Assembly: GCA_016219005.1 (NCBI GenBank)
Contig: JACRCN010000055.1
Span: 1,535 to 65,534 of the forward strand
Source of the DNA: Deltaproteobacteria bacterium
Lineage (GTDB): Bacteria; Desulfobacterota; Desulfobacteria; Desulfobacterales; SpSt-501
DNA length: 64,000 bases
Reading direction: 5' to 3'
The translations under genes were made by a program, and so were the position numbers. The first letter of the stretch is position 1, and each line of letters opens with the position of its first letter. The notes below the pieces were generated by a model that saw nothing but the letters and a program-made list of their open reading frames with translations, searched no databases and was not told the DNA's origin. This document shows positions 47,236-58,100 of the stretch, piece by piece.

Positions 47236-48441
47236 ATGCCAGTTTATCAATGGGTAGGGAAGAACCGGCTCAACAAAGTGCAGAAAGGGGAAATGGAGGC
47301 GTTGACCGAGGCGGCCGTCCGTGCCAGCCTTATGCGCCAGAAGATCGCGCCGACCCGCATCAAGCCGAAGCCGAAAGACCTGCTCGCGAACATCAGCTTT
47401 CTTCAGCCCAAGGTGACGGAAAAGGACATCATCCTTTTCGCACGGCAGTTCTCGACCATGATCGACGCCGGCCTGCCGATCATTCAGTGCCTGGACATTC
47501 TGCATACCCAGCAGGACAACGCGACCTTTAAAAAGGTGCTGAAGCAGATCAAAGAGTCGGTGGAGGGCGGGGCAACCATGGCCGAGGCCCTCAAGGCATT
47601 CCCCAAGCATTTCGACAGCCTGTTCGTCAACATGATCGCCGCGGGCGAAGCCGGCGGCATCCTGGACACGATCCTGAGACGGCTGGCGGCCTACATGGAA
47701 AAGGCCGCCCGGCTCAAGTCCAAGGTAAAGGGCGCCATGACCTACCCACTGGCTACCCTGGCTATCGCGATCATCGTCCTGGGAGTCATCCTGATCTTTG
47801 TCATTCCCGTGTTCGAGGAGATGTTCGCCGACTTCGGCAGCGAGTTGCCGGCTCCGACCCAGTTTGTCGTCTTTCTGAGCGATATGGTGAAGAGCAAGAT
47901 TCTCTACATCATCGCCGCCGCCTTCCTCTTCGGGTTTGCATTCAAAAAGTATTATGCCACCGAAAAGGGGCAGGACATCACTGACGACCTTATGCTGAGG
48001 CTTCCCGTTTTCGGGATGCTGCTGCGCAAGGTGGCGGTGGCCAAGTTCACCCGCACCATGGGCACCATGCTGACCAGCGGGGTCGCCATCCTCGAGGCGC
48101 TCGACATCGTGGCCAAGACCGCGGGCAACCGCAGCGTGGAGAAGGCTATCTACAATGTGCGCTCCGGCATCGCCGAGGGCCGGACCATGGCCGATCCCTT
48201 GGCGGAAAGCAGCGTGTTTCCGCCGATGGTCTGCCAGATGATCTCCGTGGGTGAGTCCACCGGTGCGCTGGACGCGATGCTCGAGAAAATCGCCGACTTT
48301 TACGACGAAGAAGTGGACCAGGCCGTTGAAAACATGACCGCGCTGATCGAACCGGTCATGCTGGTGTTCCTGGGGGTTACCATCGGCGGACTGGTCATCG
48401 CCATGTACCTGCCGATTTTCAAGATGGCGGGCGCCATCTGA
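47236..48441 (+). CDS. pilC: type IV pilus assembly platform protein PilC (GspF family)
   Basis: MPVYQWVGKN...GEMEA N-terminus and duplicated GspF domains. GGAGG SD upstream. Confidence 0.9.
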   Translation: MPVYQWVGKNRLNKVQKGEMEALTEAAVRASLMRQKIAPTRIKPKPKDLLANISFLQPKVTEKDIILFARQFSTMIDAGLPIIQCLDILHTQQDNATFKKVLKQIKESVEGGATMAEALKAFPKHFDSLFVNMIAAGEAGGILDTILRRLAAYMEKAARLKSKVKGAMTYPLATLAIAIIVLGVILIFVIPVFEEMFADFGSELPAPTQFVVFLSDMVKSKILYIIAAAFLFGFAFKKYYATEKGQDITDDLMLRLPVFGMLLRKVAVAKFTRTMGTMLTSGVAILEALDIVAKTAGNRSVEKAIYNVRSGIAEGRTMADPLAESSVFPPMVCQMISVGESTGALDAMLEKIADFYDEEVDQAVENMTALIEPVMLVFLGVTIGGLVIAMYLPIFKMAGAI

Positions 48442-48629
48442 CGAGACGGACGGCGGCGGCCGGATTCCGCAGCACTGCCCTCAACGGGTAATGCGGGCCG
48501 CCCTGACAGCGGGTGGCCCGCGACGCATAGGGACACCTCACATCGCCGAGGGCCGGGGTGACCCTTTTTCGACCGGCACTTCGGGCCGGCATCACCCGCC
48601 CCGCGCCGGATCAAACGGTGTCGGTTGCC

Positions 48630-49928
48630 ATGGCCCCAGACAGCGAACTCAAAGACAAGCTCCACAAGCTCAGCGTGGCCCGAATCGTCTTCTCCGCGCT
48701 GCTGCTCGCGTCGACCCTGTTCGTGCATTTCGGCCGCACCGGCTCGCCGGATTCGGCCTCGCTCGCCATTCTCTACGGCCTGATCGCGGCCATCTTCATG
48801 CTGTCGTCGATCTACCTGCTGCTTTTAAAACGGTCCCGGAATCACCTCGCCGTCGCCTATCTGCAGACCTTGGGAGACACGCTCATCGTCACGATCGTTT
48901 TGTTCGTGACCGGCGGCTTCTCGAGCCTGTTCACCCTCCTGTACCTGGTCGTCATCGTCTACTCGAGCCTGCTGCTGCCCCGGCGCGGCACGGTGCTGAT
49001 TGCCACCCTCTGCAGCATTCAGTTCGGCCTCATGGCGGACCTGGAGTATTATGGTCTGATCAAGCCTCTTTACCCGGATGACAGCATGCTCGCCGTCGTC
49101 TACGGCTGGGACCATGTCATCATCAAGATCATCGCCATCATGGTAGCCTGCGTCGTGGTGGCCTTTCTGAGCAGCTTTCTGTCGGAGCAGGTCCTGCGGA
49201 CGAAACGGGAGCTGCACGTCATGGAGGAGCAGGTCAAACGCGTGGAAAAGATGGCCGCCATCGGGGAAATGGCGGCGGGCCTGGCCCACGAGATCAAGAA
49301 CCCCCTGGCGTCGCTGAGCGGTGCGATCCAGCTGCTGCGGGAAGACATCCGCTACGATCCGGACCACGACCGTCTGATGCAGATCATCCTGCGCGAGGCC
49401 GACCGCCTGAGCTCGTTGGCGAGCAATTTTCTATTATACGCCCGTCCGCCGGCCGGCAAGCCCGAGCCGATCGAGTTGGACAAAGCCCTGCGGGAAACGT
49501 TGGAGCTGTTCGACAAAAAGGGTGATACCGGAAAACGGGTCGCCACCACCTTGAAGACCCAACCCGGGATCTGGATCCGCATGGACCAGGCCCACCTGCG
49601 GCAGATCCTCTGGAACCTGCTGGTGAATGCGACCGAAGCCATCGAAGACTCGGGCGAGATCCAGGTCGAGCTCGCCCTCGCCAAGGACCGGCAGGCCTGC
49701 CTGACGATTGCCGACTCCGGCATCGGCATGGCGCCGGAGACCCTCAAGTCCATTTTCGCCCCCTTTTTCACGACCAAGCCCGCCGGGACGGGCCTGGGCC
49801 TGTCCATTGTGCACCGTATCCTCGAAGCCTACGACTGCTGCCTGGACGTGGAGAGCGAGCCCGGCCGGGGGAGCACCTTCAGCCTGCGTTTGAAGCAGAT
49901 CGAAGCCCCGGCGCGATCCGGCGGTTAG
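48630..49928 (+). CDS. PilS-like membrane sensor histidine kinase
   Basis: Multi-TM N-terminus. H-box AAGLAHEIKNPLASL. DSGIGM and GTGLGLSIV. Confidence 0.8.
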   Translation: MAPDSELKDKLHKLSVARIVFSALLLASTLFVHFGRTGSPDSASLAILYGLIAAIFMLSSIYLLLLKRSRNHLAVAYLQTLGDTLIVTIVLFVTGGFSSLFTLLYLVVIVYSSLLLPRRGTVLIATLCSIQFGLMADLEYYGLIKPLYPDDSMLAVVYGWDHVIIKIIAIMVACVVVAFLSSFLSEQVLRTKRELHVMEEQVKRVEKMAAIGEMAAGLAHEIKNPLASLSGAIQLLREDIRYDPDHDRLMQIILREADRLSSLASNFLLYARPPAGKPEPIELDKALRETLELFDKKGDTGKRVATTLKTQPGIWIRMDQAHLRQILWNLLVNATEAIEDSGEIQVELALAKDRQACLTIADSGIGMAPETLKSIFAPFFTTKPAGTGLGLSIVHRILEAYDCCLDVESEPGRGSTFSLRLKQIEAPARSGG

Positions 49929-50249
49929 ACCCGTCCGCCGACTCAAGCCCGCCAACTAAACCTTGACAGCCGCAGTCAAATAGACTATCCGTTTTTTTTT
50001 AATGTGCGTTCCTTCGCCATACGCCGAGGCGCGCGGGGTGCGGGCACCCCGGGGGAACGCTCTTTTGCGGCGGCGGCTGCCGGCGCGGCTTTTAGGGATG
50101 AGGTGTGAGACCCGTGTCCATCCGGGTCTTGCGGGCACCCATGCCACCCTGAGCGATAACGCTCCAGGCCGAGGGGCTGCGACGAGCCCCGGACCTGCGA
50201 TGCCCGCCCGCGCCTTCCGCCCGCCCGAACGATCCAACGGAAACACGCT

Positions 50250-51740
50250 ATGCCAACACCCATCGAAACCAGCAGTGACGTTTTACAGAAACGTTACGAG
50301 AAAATCGAAGCGTTGAAGGGTCGCCTGGTACCGCTGTATCCCAACGACTTCAAGGGGCTGGGCGCGATCGGGGAGATTCAGGCGACCATCCGCACCGCCC
50401 CGGAGTCTCTGACCGAGACCGGGCCTGTTTTTGCCATCGCCGGCCGCATGATGGCCGTCAACCATTTCGGCAAAGCCGCCTTCATCCGGATCCGCGACCG
50501 CTCCGGCCAGGTGCAGGCCTACATCCGCAAGGACCGCGTCGGGGACGAGGCCTTCGCCCTCTTCAAGCAACTGGACGTGGGCGATTTTGTGAAGGTGACC
50601 GGCGCCCTATTCCAGACGCGCACCGGGGAGTGGACGGTACTGGCCGAAAGCCTGCGACTGGTCACCAAGACCGTGCGACCGCTTCCGGAAAAATTTCATG
50701 GGCTCAAGGACCCGGAGAAGCGCTACCGCCAGCGCTACATCGACCTCATCATGAACCCCGACGTGCGGGAGATCTTCATTCGGCGCAGCCGGATCATTCA
50801 GGACATTCGCTCTTTTTTCCTGGAGAGGGACTTCCTGGAGGTCGAAACCCCGATGATGCAACCGATCCCCGGCGGGGCCGAGGCGACCCCCTTCAAGACC
50901 CATCACAATGCCCTGGGAATGGACCTGTACCTGCGCATCGCGCCGGAGCTCTACTTGAAGCGGCTGGTGGTGGGCGGCTTTGAGCGCGTTTTCGAAATCA
51001 ACCGCAACTTCCGCAACGAAGGAATCTCGACCCAGCACAACCCGGAATTCACCATGCTGGAGTTCTACCAGGCCTATGCCACCTACACGGATCTGATGGA
51101 CTTGACCGAATCGCTGATGGCGCGCGTGGCGGCCAAGGTCTGCGGGTCCACGGCCGTCAACTACCAGGAGCAGGTCATTGAGTTCTCCGGGAAATGGCGT
51201 CGGCTATCGCTCTATGACGCTCTGGAGGAGATCGGCGGGGTGGACCGCGGGGTCCTCAACAACCGGCAGAAACTGATGGAACTCGCCGCCGACCGCCGGG
51301 TGACGATTACCAAGACCGGCAAGCCCGCCAAGATCATCACTAAGCTCTTCGACGTGCTGGTCCAGCCCCGGCTCATCCAGCCGACCTTCATCATCGGCTA
51401 TCCGGCGGAGGTGTCTCCGCTCTCCCGGCGCAGCGACCAGGTTCCCGAACTGACCGAGCGTTTCGAGCTTTTCATAGGGGGCCGGGAGATCGCCAACGGT
51501 TTCTCGGAGCTGAACGACCCGTCCGACCAGCGCGAGCGCTTCATGGAGCAGCTTAAGCAGCGGGAGGCCGGAGACGCGGAAGCGCACTGGATGGACGACG
51601 ACTACATCGAGGCCCTCGAGTACGGCATGCCCCCCACGGCCGGAGAGGGCATCGGCATTGACCGGCTGGCCATGCTGCTGACCAACGCGCCGTCGATCCG
51701 GGAAGTGATACTGTTCCCGCACATGAAGCCGCGCGAGTGA
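50250..51740 (+). CDS. lysS: lysine--tRNA ligase (class II)
   Basis: OB-fold N-terminus. Class II motifs FLEVETPMM, FRNEGIS and GIGIDRLAMLL. Confidence 0.95.
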   Translation: MPTPIETSSDVLQKRYEKIEALKGRLVPLYPNDFKGLGAIGEIQATIRTAPESLTETGPVFAIAGRMMAVNHFGKAAFIRIRDRSGQVQAYIRKDRVGDEAFALFKQLDVGDFVKVTGALFQTRTGEWTVLAESLRLVTKTVRPLPEKFHGLKDPEKRYRQRYIDLIMNPDVREIFIRRSRIIQDIRSFFLERDFLEVETPMMQPIPGGAEATPFKTHHNALGMDLYLRIAPELYLKRLVVGGFERVFEINRNFRNEGISTQHNPEFTMLEFYQAYATYTDLMDLTESLMARVAAKVCGSTAVNYQEQVIEFSGKWRRLSLYDALEEIGGVDRGVLNNRQKLMELAADRRVTITKTGKPAKIITKLFDVLVQPRLIQPTFIIGYPAEVSPLSRRSDQVPELTERFELFIGGREIANGFSELNDPSDQRERFMEQLKQREAGDAEAHWMDDDYIEALEYGMPPTAGEGIGIDRLAMLLTNAPSIREVILFPHMKPRE

Positions 51741-51863
51741 TGGCCGCGCCGAAAGCCCAATTTCCGCGTTGCGCTTCAGCCCGCGGCTGCTGCGGCGTAC
51801 CATTAAGGTACGCCTCGCGTCGCGGGCTTCGCGCGCCTTGAACTTGGGCTTTGGGCGCGGCCA
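51741..51863. repeat. ~123-nt long imperfect palindrome immediately after the lysS stop
   Basis: TGGCCGCGCCGAAAGCCCAA...GCCCGCG...GGCGTACC-ATTAA-GGTACGCC...CGCGGGC...TTGGGCTTTGGGCGCGGCCA. Confidence 0.7.
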
Positions 51864-52000
51864 TCGACGGGAGCCGAGAGCCATCGGCGCCTCGCAGCAG
51901 GACATTTGTGCGCCTTGAACGTGGAGCTTTTTTACAGCGTCGTCTTTGATTCGACTTTTTACGCGTCCATCCCGTATAGCAGGGTGTTGAAAAACGACCT

Positions 52001-53239
52001 ATGTCATTTGAGTTCTTCATCGGCGGGCGATATCTGCGGGCCAAGCAGAAGCAGGCCTTTATCTCGCTCATCACCTACCTGTCCATCGCGGGGGTCGCCG
52101 TCGGGGTGATGGCCCTGATCGTGGTCATTGCGGTGATGAGCGGCTTTGAAGCCGACCTCAAAGCCCGCATTCTCGGCGGTCAGGCCCAGGCGATCCTCAT
52201 GCGGCACACCGGGCCGTTCACCGAGTCCGCGGAGGTGATGCGTCAGGTAGAGTCCGTGAGCGGGGTCGCGGCCGCCACCCCGTTCATCTACACCCAGATC
52301 ATGCTGCGGTCGACCTCCGCGATCACCGGAGCCGTCCTGCGCGGCGTCGATCCGGCCACCGTCGGCAGCGTGCTGAAAACCCTCGCGCAGGTGAATCTGC
52401 CGGAGGGCCGGCCCCCGGGCGAAGGGGACGGTGCGGCCGCCGCCATGCCGGGCATCGTGCTGGGAAAGGAGCTGGCCAAGAATCTCGGCGTGGTCGTGGG
52501 CGACGTGGTCCAGCTCATCTCACCGCGCGGCATGCTCTCGCCCGTCGGGCATGTTCCGGCCATGAAGCAGTTCAAGGTTTCCGGCTATTTCGAGTCCGGC
52601 ATGTACGAGTACGACCAGACATTCGCCTACATCAACCTGCGCGACGCGCAGCGGCTGCTGAAAATGGGGGATGCGGTGAGCGGGATAGAGATTCGCGTCA
52701 CCGACATCTACCAGGCGCGCGCGGTGGCCGATGCGGTGCTCTCCCGGCTGGGCCCGGGCTATTACGCTCGGGATTGGATGCAGCTCAACCGCAACCTGTT
52801 CAAGGCCCTGAAGCTGGAGCGGCGGGTGATGTTCATCATCCTGACGCTGATCGTGCTGGTGGCCGCGTTCAACATCGCCAGCTCCCTGATCATGATGGTC
52901 ATGGGCAAGACCAAGGACATCGCGATCCTGAAGGCGATGGGGGCTACGGAACGCAGCATCCGCAAGATCTTCGTGCTGAACGGGATGGTGATCGGGACCA
53001 TCGGCACGGGCCTGGGGTTCATTCTCGGCCTGGGGGTCTGCAGCCTGCTTGAGCGCTACAACATCCACGAACTCACGGGCGACATCTATTACTTCACCAC
53101 CCAACTACCCGTGAAGGTGGAGGTGCTGGACGTCGCGGCGATCGTGATCGCCGCGCTGGTGATCTGCTTCCTGGCAACACTTTACCCCGCCCGTCAGGCG
53201 GCACGGTTGAACACGGTCGAGGCGATCCGGTACGGATGA
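52001..53239 (+). CDS. lipoprotein-releasing system permease (LolC/E family)
   Basis: [15 protein letters not shown]..., an FtsX-type C-terminus, 412 aa. Confidence 0.9.
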   Translation: MSFEFFIGGRYLRAKQKQAFISLITYLSIAGVAVGVMALIVVIAVMSGFEADLKARILGGQAQAILMRHTGPFTESAEVMRQVESVSGVAAATPFIYTQIMLRSTSAITGAVLRGVDPATVGSVLKTLAQVNLPEGRPPGEGDGAAAAMPGIVLGKELAKNLGVVVGDVVQLISPRGMLSPVGHVPAMKQFKVSGYFESGMYEYDQTFAYINLRDAQRLLKMGDAVSGIEIRVTDIYQARAVADAVLSRLGPGYYARDWMQLNRNLFKALKLERRVMFIILTLIVLVAAFNIASSLIMMVMGKTKDIAILKAMGATERSIRKIFVLNGMVIGTIGTGLGFILGLGVCSLLERYNIHELTGDIYYFTTQLPVKVEVLDVAAIVIAALVICFLATLYPARQAARLNTVEAIRYG

Positions 53240-53249
53240 GCGCGCGATC

Positions 53250-53969
53250 ATGACGGAACGAAAAGACAAAAGCAGCGCAGTGCCTCCGCCGGAGGCCCTC
53301 ATTGCCGTGCGCGGAGTGTGCAAGAGCTACCGCAACGGCGGGGCGGTCGTCCGCGTGCTGGAGGGGCTCGACTTCGATCTGGAGGCCGGTGAGACCATCG
53401 CCATCATCGGCGCCTCCGGGATCGGCAAGTCCACGCTGCTGCACATCCTGGGAACACTGGACCGCCCTGACAGCGGCCGCCTGTATTTCAAGGGCGAGAG
53501 CATCTTCGACTATCCGGATGCCCGGCTGGCGAAGTTCCGCAATGAATGCATCGGTTTCGTGTTCCAATTCCATCATCTTCTGCCCGAGTTCAGCGCGCTC
53601 GAAAACACCATGATGCCGGCTCTCATCCAGGGCTGGACGCGGGAGCGTGCCGCCCAGGCGGCCCGCGAGATCCTCGTGCGGGTCGGATTGAAGGACCGGC
53701 TGAACTACCGGGTCGGGAAACTGTCGGGCGGGGAGCAGCAACGGGTGGCCCTGGCCCGGGCGCTTGCGCTGCGACCGCCGTTTCTGCTGGCCGACGAGCC
53801 CACCGGAAATCTGGACCGGGCCAACAGCGAACAGATCCACCGGCTCCTGCACGAGTTGAACCGGGAATTCGGCATGACCCTGGTCGTGGTCACTCATAAC
53901 CTGGAGCTGGCCGCCGGCATGTCGAAACGGGTGACCCTGGTGGAAGGCAGACTGGCACAGGCGGGCTAA
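53250..53969 (+). CDS. lolD: lipoprotein-releasing system ATP-binding protein
   Basis: [35 protein letters not shown]. Confidence 0.9.
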   Translation: MTERKDKSSAVPPPEALIAVRGVCKSYRNGGAVVRVLEGLDFDLEAGETIAIIGASGIGKSTLLHILGTLDRPDSGRLYFKGESIFDYPDARLAKFRNECIGFVFQFHHLLPEFSALENTMMPALIQGWTRERAAQAAREILVRVGLKDRLNYRVGKLSGGEQQRVALARALALRPPFLLADEPTGNLDRANSEQIHRLLHELNREFGMTLVVVTHNLELAAGMSKRVTLVEGRLAQAG

Positions 53970-54027
53970 CAGGATGGACCGCGTATGGCATTAACGGATC
54001 ACTTCTGATTTGCACCGGCGACGACCT

Positions 54028-56694
54028 ATGAAAAAGATTCCAGCCCGCCACTCCTTTCGCTTCGCGGGGGGGCTTGCGTTGATGATCCTGATCCATGCGA
54101 CGCTTCTGCCCGCCGAGGTCCCGGCCCAGCCGCAGTCTGTGGGCGTCATCGTTATGCCCTTTGAGATCCACGCACCGGCGGAATTGGCGTATTTGAAGAG
54201 CGAACTGCCGGAGGCGATGAAACAGCAGTTCACGGAGGAAGGCGCCAATGCCCGCGTTCTGGACGACGCAACGGCGAGCAGCTGGAGCCAATCGGCGGCC
54301 ACCCATGCCGATCTGGCCCGCCTGGCCGTGCAGACCGGCGCCGACTACCTGGTCGAGGGAAGCCTCACCTGGATCGGTCAGGACTTCAGCCTCGACGTGC
54401 GCCTGCTCGCCTCCGCGGGGGGCCGTCCGGCCAAGGCGTTCACGGCAGTGGGAAAAGGGGTCGAAAACCTGCCCGGCGCGGTGAAAAAACTGGTGCAGGA
54501 CATGGGCCTGACCATTTTCAAGCGCGAGAAGGTCGTCGATGTGGTGGTCGAGGGTAACCAGCGCATCGAGACGGACGCGATCCGCCGGCTGATCAAGACC
54601 AAGTCCGGCGATGTCTACCTCGCCCAGAATCTGGCCGACGACCTCAAGGCGATTTACGGCATGGGGTATTTCGATGACATCCAGATCGAGTCCCAGCAAC
54701 AACCGGACGGTGTCGTGCTGGTGTTCAAGGTGACCGAAAAGCCCACAGTGCGCACGGTCACCGTCAGCGGCAACATCGTTTTCGACAGCGACGACATCAA
54801 GAAAAGCCTCAATCTGAAGAAAGGCGCCATCCTGAACATTTTCACCGTCCGCAACGACGTGCGGCGGATCGAGGAGATGTACAAGGAGAAGAACTACCAC
54901 AATGTCAAGGTGAACTACACGATCTCTCCCCAGAAAAACAACCAGGCCGACGTGGAATACGCGGTTGACGAAGGTCAGAAGCTGCAGGTCAAGAAGATCC
55001 TCTTTACGGGCAACACGGCCTTTTCGGCGAGCAAGCTCAAGGGGGCGATCGACACGTCGGAGAAGAACATTTTCTCCTGGTTCACCTCCGCGGGCGACCT
55101 CAACCAGGACATCCTCAACCAGGATGCGGCTAAGCTGCAGGGGTTCTACCAGAACCACGGCTATATCCGCGCCCGGGTCGGGGAGCCCCAGCTCGATTAC
55201 GAGGCAGACGGCATCGTCGCCACGTTCAAGATCAACGAGGGCCCGCGCTTCAAGGTCGGGAAGGTGGATTTCAGCGGCGATCTGATCCTGCCGAAGGATC
55301 AACTGTTGCCGAAGATCAAGATCGACAAGGAGCCCTTTTTCAACCGCGAGGTCCTGCGCAACGACGTCCTGGCCCTCACGGACCTCTACGCTAACGACGG
55401 CTATGCCTACGTGGACATATCCCCTCTGGTGGATCAGAACGCCGAAACGCTGCTGGCGAACATCACCTTCAAGATCGACAAGGGCAAACAGGTTTACTTC
55501 GAACAGATCCAGATCGCCGGCAATACCAAAACCCGGGACAAGGTCATTCGCCGCGAGTTGCGGGTTTACGAGCAGGAACTCTACGGCGGCCAGCGGCTCA
55601 AGACCGGCATTCGCAACCTGAATCGCCTCGATTACTTCCAGAACGTCAAGGTGGATACCGCCAAGGGCAGCAGCGACGACAAGATGAAGGCGACGGTGGG
55701 GGTGACCGAAAAGAGCACCGGTTCCTTCACCGTCGGGGCGGGCTACTCGACCACGGAAAACGGGTTCGTGACCGGGGGCGTCTCCGAACGCAACCTCTTC
55801 GGCCGCGGTCAGACGCTGGCCCTGCGCGGGATGCTGGGCAGCAAGACCCAGCGCTACAGCACGAGCTTTACGGAGCCCTGGCTATTTGATATACCGCTGT
55901 CGGCCGGAGCCGAGCTCTACAAGTGGCAGAGCGATCTGGACACCTACAGCCGGGACAGCATCGGCGGGACGATCCGGTTCGGCTATCCGCTGGCCGAGTA
56001 CCTCCGCGGCAATATCGCCTACAACCTTGATTTTACCCGGATGGGCCAGATCGATGAAGATGCCTCGGAGCAGATCAAGCAAGAGAAAGGCGACTACGTC
56101 AAGAGCAGCATCACGCTGAGCCCCCGCTACGATTCGCGGGACAGCCTGTTCAACGCCAAAGACGGCGCGCTTCACAGCATTTCCTACGAAGTCGCCGGCC
56201 TTGGCGGCGATGTGGGCTTCAACAAAGTCATCGTCGAGAACGGCTGGTACTTCCCTCTGGGCTGGAAACTGACGGGCGTCGTTCACGACCGGGCCGGGTA
56301 TGTCAGGGGTCTGCCGGGCTGGGAACTGCCCGATTTCGAGAAGTTCTACCTGGGCGGCATGAACAGCATGCGCGGCTTCTCGCGCAACGACCTGGCGCCC
56401 CAGAAGGAAGGCGGGGCCGTTGGCGGGAACTGGTTCGTGCAGGGCAACTTCGAGGTGAAGTTCCCGCTGGTGGAGGAGGCAGGTGTGTTCGGGCTGATCT
56501 TCCTCGACACCGGCATGGTGGGACTCGAGGGGGAGTCCTTCAAATTAAGCAATCTGAGAAAAAGCGTCGGGCCGGAGATCCGCTGGCTGTCCCCGATCGG
56601 CCCGATCCGCATCGCCTATGGGTTCATCCTGGACCCGCAGGAAGGGGACTCGGGTAACGGGGCCTGGGAATTTTCCGTGGCGTCCGCTTTCTAA
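54028..56694 (+). CDS. bamA: outer membrane protein assembly factor BamA
   Basis: POTRA-type repeats (VVVEGNQRIETDAI, ILFTGNTAFS, IQIAGNTKTRD) and a C-terminal beta-barrel ending ...EFSVASAF. Confidence 0.93.
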   Translation: MKKIPARHSFRFAGGLALMILIHATLLPAEVPAQPQSVGVIVMPFEIHAPAELAYLKSELPEAMKQQFTEEGANARVLDDATASSWSQSAATHADLARLAVQTGADYLVEGSLTWIGQDFSLDVRLLASAGGRPAKAFTAVGKGVENLPGAVKKLVQDMGLTIFKREKVVDVVVEGNQRIETDAIRRLIKTKSGDVYLAQNLADDLKAIYGMGYFDDIQIESQQQPDGVVLVFKVTEKPTVRTVTVSGNIVFDSDDIKKSLNLKKGAILNIFTVRNDVRRIEEMYKEKNYHNVKVNYTISPQKNNQADVEYAVDEGQKLQVKKILFTGNTAFSASKLKGAIDTSEKNIFSWFTSAGDLNQDILNQDAAKLQGFYQNHGYIRARVGEPQLDYEADGIVATFKINEGPRFKVGKVDFSGDLILPKDQLLPKIKIDKEPFFNREVLRNDVLALTDLYANDGYAYVDISPLVDQNAETLLANITFKIDKGKQVYFEQIQIAGNTKTRDKVIRRELRVYEQELYGGQRLKTGIRNLNRLDYFQNVKVDTAKGSSDDKMKATVGVTEKSTGSFTVGAGYSTTENGFVTGGVSERNLFGRGQTLALRGMLGSKTQRYSTSFTEPWLFDIPLSAGAELYKWQSDLDTYSRDSIGGTIRFGYPLAEYLRGNIAYNLDFTRMGQIDEDASEQIKQEKGDYVKSSITLSPRYDSRDSLFNAKDGALHSISYEVAGLGGDVGFNKVIVENGWYFPLGWKLTGVVHDRAGYVRGLPGWELPDFEKFYLGGMNSMRGFSRNDLAPQKEGGAVGGNWFVQGNFEVKFPLVEEAGVFGLIFLDTGMVGLEGESFKLSNLRKSVGPEIRWLSPIGPIRIAYGFILDPQEGDSGNGAWEFSVASAF

Positions 56695-56769
56695 CCGAGC
56701 GCCGGTCCACTTGATGATGCCGGGACGAGCTGGCACCTGAAGTCGTCATCACTGAGAAAGGAATTCGAA

Positions 56770-57312
56770 ATGCGATCAACCAAAGCAATGTTTACGACCG
56801 GCGGACTGGCAGTGCTGCTGCTCCTGGCCGGCGGGCCGGCGTTCAGCGCCGATCCCGTCAAGATCGGCGTGGTCGATTTGCAGAAGATCCTCGAGACGTC
56901 CAACTCCGGCAAGGCGGCCCAGAACGAGCTGAAGGCCCAGCGCGACAGGATGCAGGCGGACATGAAGCAACGGGGCAGCGAGATCCAGGAAATTGAAAGC
57001 CGCATGCAGCGCGAGTCCATGGTGATGAGCAAGGAGACGCGTGAGGAAAAGGAGCGTGAGCACCGCATCAAGGTCAGCGATTTTCAGGCGCTGCAGCGAA
57101 AATACCAGAGCGACCTGCAGGAGATCGAGCGCAAGCTGATGGGGAGGCTCCAGAATGAAATCACCAGCCTCGTCAGCGATATCGCTAAGAAGGACGGCTA
57201 CCTGCTGGTCATCAGCAACATTGGAGTGATCTATGCGCTGCCGTCCACCGACATCACGGATCGTCTGATCCAGGAACTGAACGCGAAATCCGGCAAGAAG
57301 TCCGGCCCGTAG
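56770..57312 (+). CDS. skp: OmpH/Skp periplasmic chaperone
   Basis: Signal peptide, KIGVVDLQKIL, then a coiled-coil-like body. Confidence 0.9.
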   Translation: MRSTKAMFTTGGLAVLLLLAGGPAFSADPVKIGVVDLQKILETSNSGKAAQNELKAQRDRMQADMKQRGSEIQEIESRMQRESMVMSKETREEKEREHRIKVSDFQALQRKYQSDLQEIERKLMGRLQNEITSLVSDIAKKDGYLLVISNIGVIYALPSTDITDRLIQELNAKSGKKSGP

Positions 57313-57344
57313 GACGACGGCCGCGACGCCAACGGAGGAAGACC

Positions 57345-57791
57345 ATGGAAAGCGTGCTGGACATCCTGGCCATCATGCAGCGCCTGCCGCACCGCTACCC
57401 GTTTCTCCTGATCGACCGGATCGTCCGGTTCGTGCCCGGCGAGGAGATCGTAGCGCTGAAGAACGTGACGATGAACGAGCCCTTTTTCCAGGGGCATTTT
57501 CCCGCCAAGCCGGTCATGCCGGGGGTGCTAATCATCGAGGCTCTGGCCCAGGCCGGGGGGATACTGGCCGCCGAAATCAGAGGCCCGGGGAATCAGGGCG
57601 ATATCATCTACTTCATGGGGATGGACGCCGTCCGCTTCCGCAAGCCGGTCATTCCCGGGGACCAGCTCATGCTGGAGGCGCGGGTACTCAAGATGCGCTC
57701 CCGGGTCGCCAAAATGGCCGGCCGGGCGTTGGTGGACGGGCAGCTGGTCGCCGAAGCCGAGCTCATGGCCTCCTTCGGGCACAGCGCCTGA
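57345..57791 (+). CDS. fabZ: 3-hydroxyacyl-ACP dehydratase FabZ
   Basis: [13 protein letters not shown]...[10 protein letters not shown]...[14 protein letters not shown]. Confidence 0.95.
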   Translation: MESVLDILAIMQRLPHRYPFLLIDRIVRFVPGEEIVALKNVTMNEPFFQGHFPAKPVMPGVLIIEALAQAGGILAAEIRGPGNQGDIIYFMGMDAVRFRKPVIPGDQLMLEARVLKMRSRVAKMAGRALVDGQLVAEAELMASFGHSA

Positions 57792-57899
57792 TCTAGGCGG
57801 TGTGCCGGTTGCCTTTTCCGGCGCACGCCGACGGCCTCCGGTCGACGCGGACTGGGGGGCAACGGGCTTATGCGGTCCACCGGATGAGGGGAGACTATC

Positions 57900-58076
57900 A
57901 TGGCCATCAATCCAGAGCTTCTGGAGATTCTCGCCTGCCCGAAATGCAAGGGCGGTATCCGCTTGAACCAGGCGCAGGACGGCCTGATCTGTGATCAGTG
58001 CCGGCTGCTCTATGAAATCCGGGACGACATCCCCATTATGCTGATCGACGAGGCCCGGCCGGTGACGGGCGGGTGA
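57900..58076 (+). CDS. Trm112/YcaR-family small zinc-ribbon protein (absent from the ORF track, 58 aa)
   Basis: MAINPELLEILACPKCKGGI...LICDQCRLLYEIRDDIPIMLIDEA. Confidence 0.85.
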   Translation: MAINPELLEILACPKCKGGIRLNQAQDGLICDQCRLLYEIRDDIPIMLIDEARPVTGG

Positions 58077-58100
58077 GACCGTGATGGGGGGGCAACCGGC

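Noticed and set aside
53890-55302. 470-aa minus-strand ORF
   Set aside because: It is antisense to the lolD 3' end and bamA. It has no motifs and a low-complexity Arg/Leu/Val composition.
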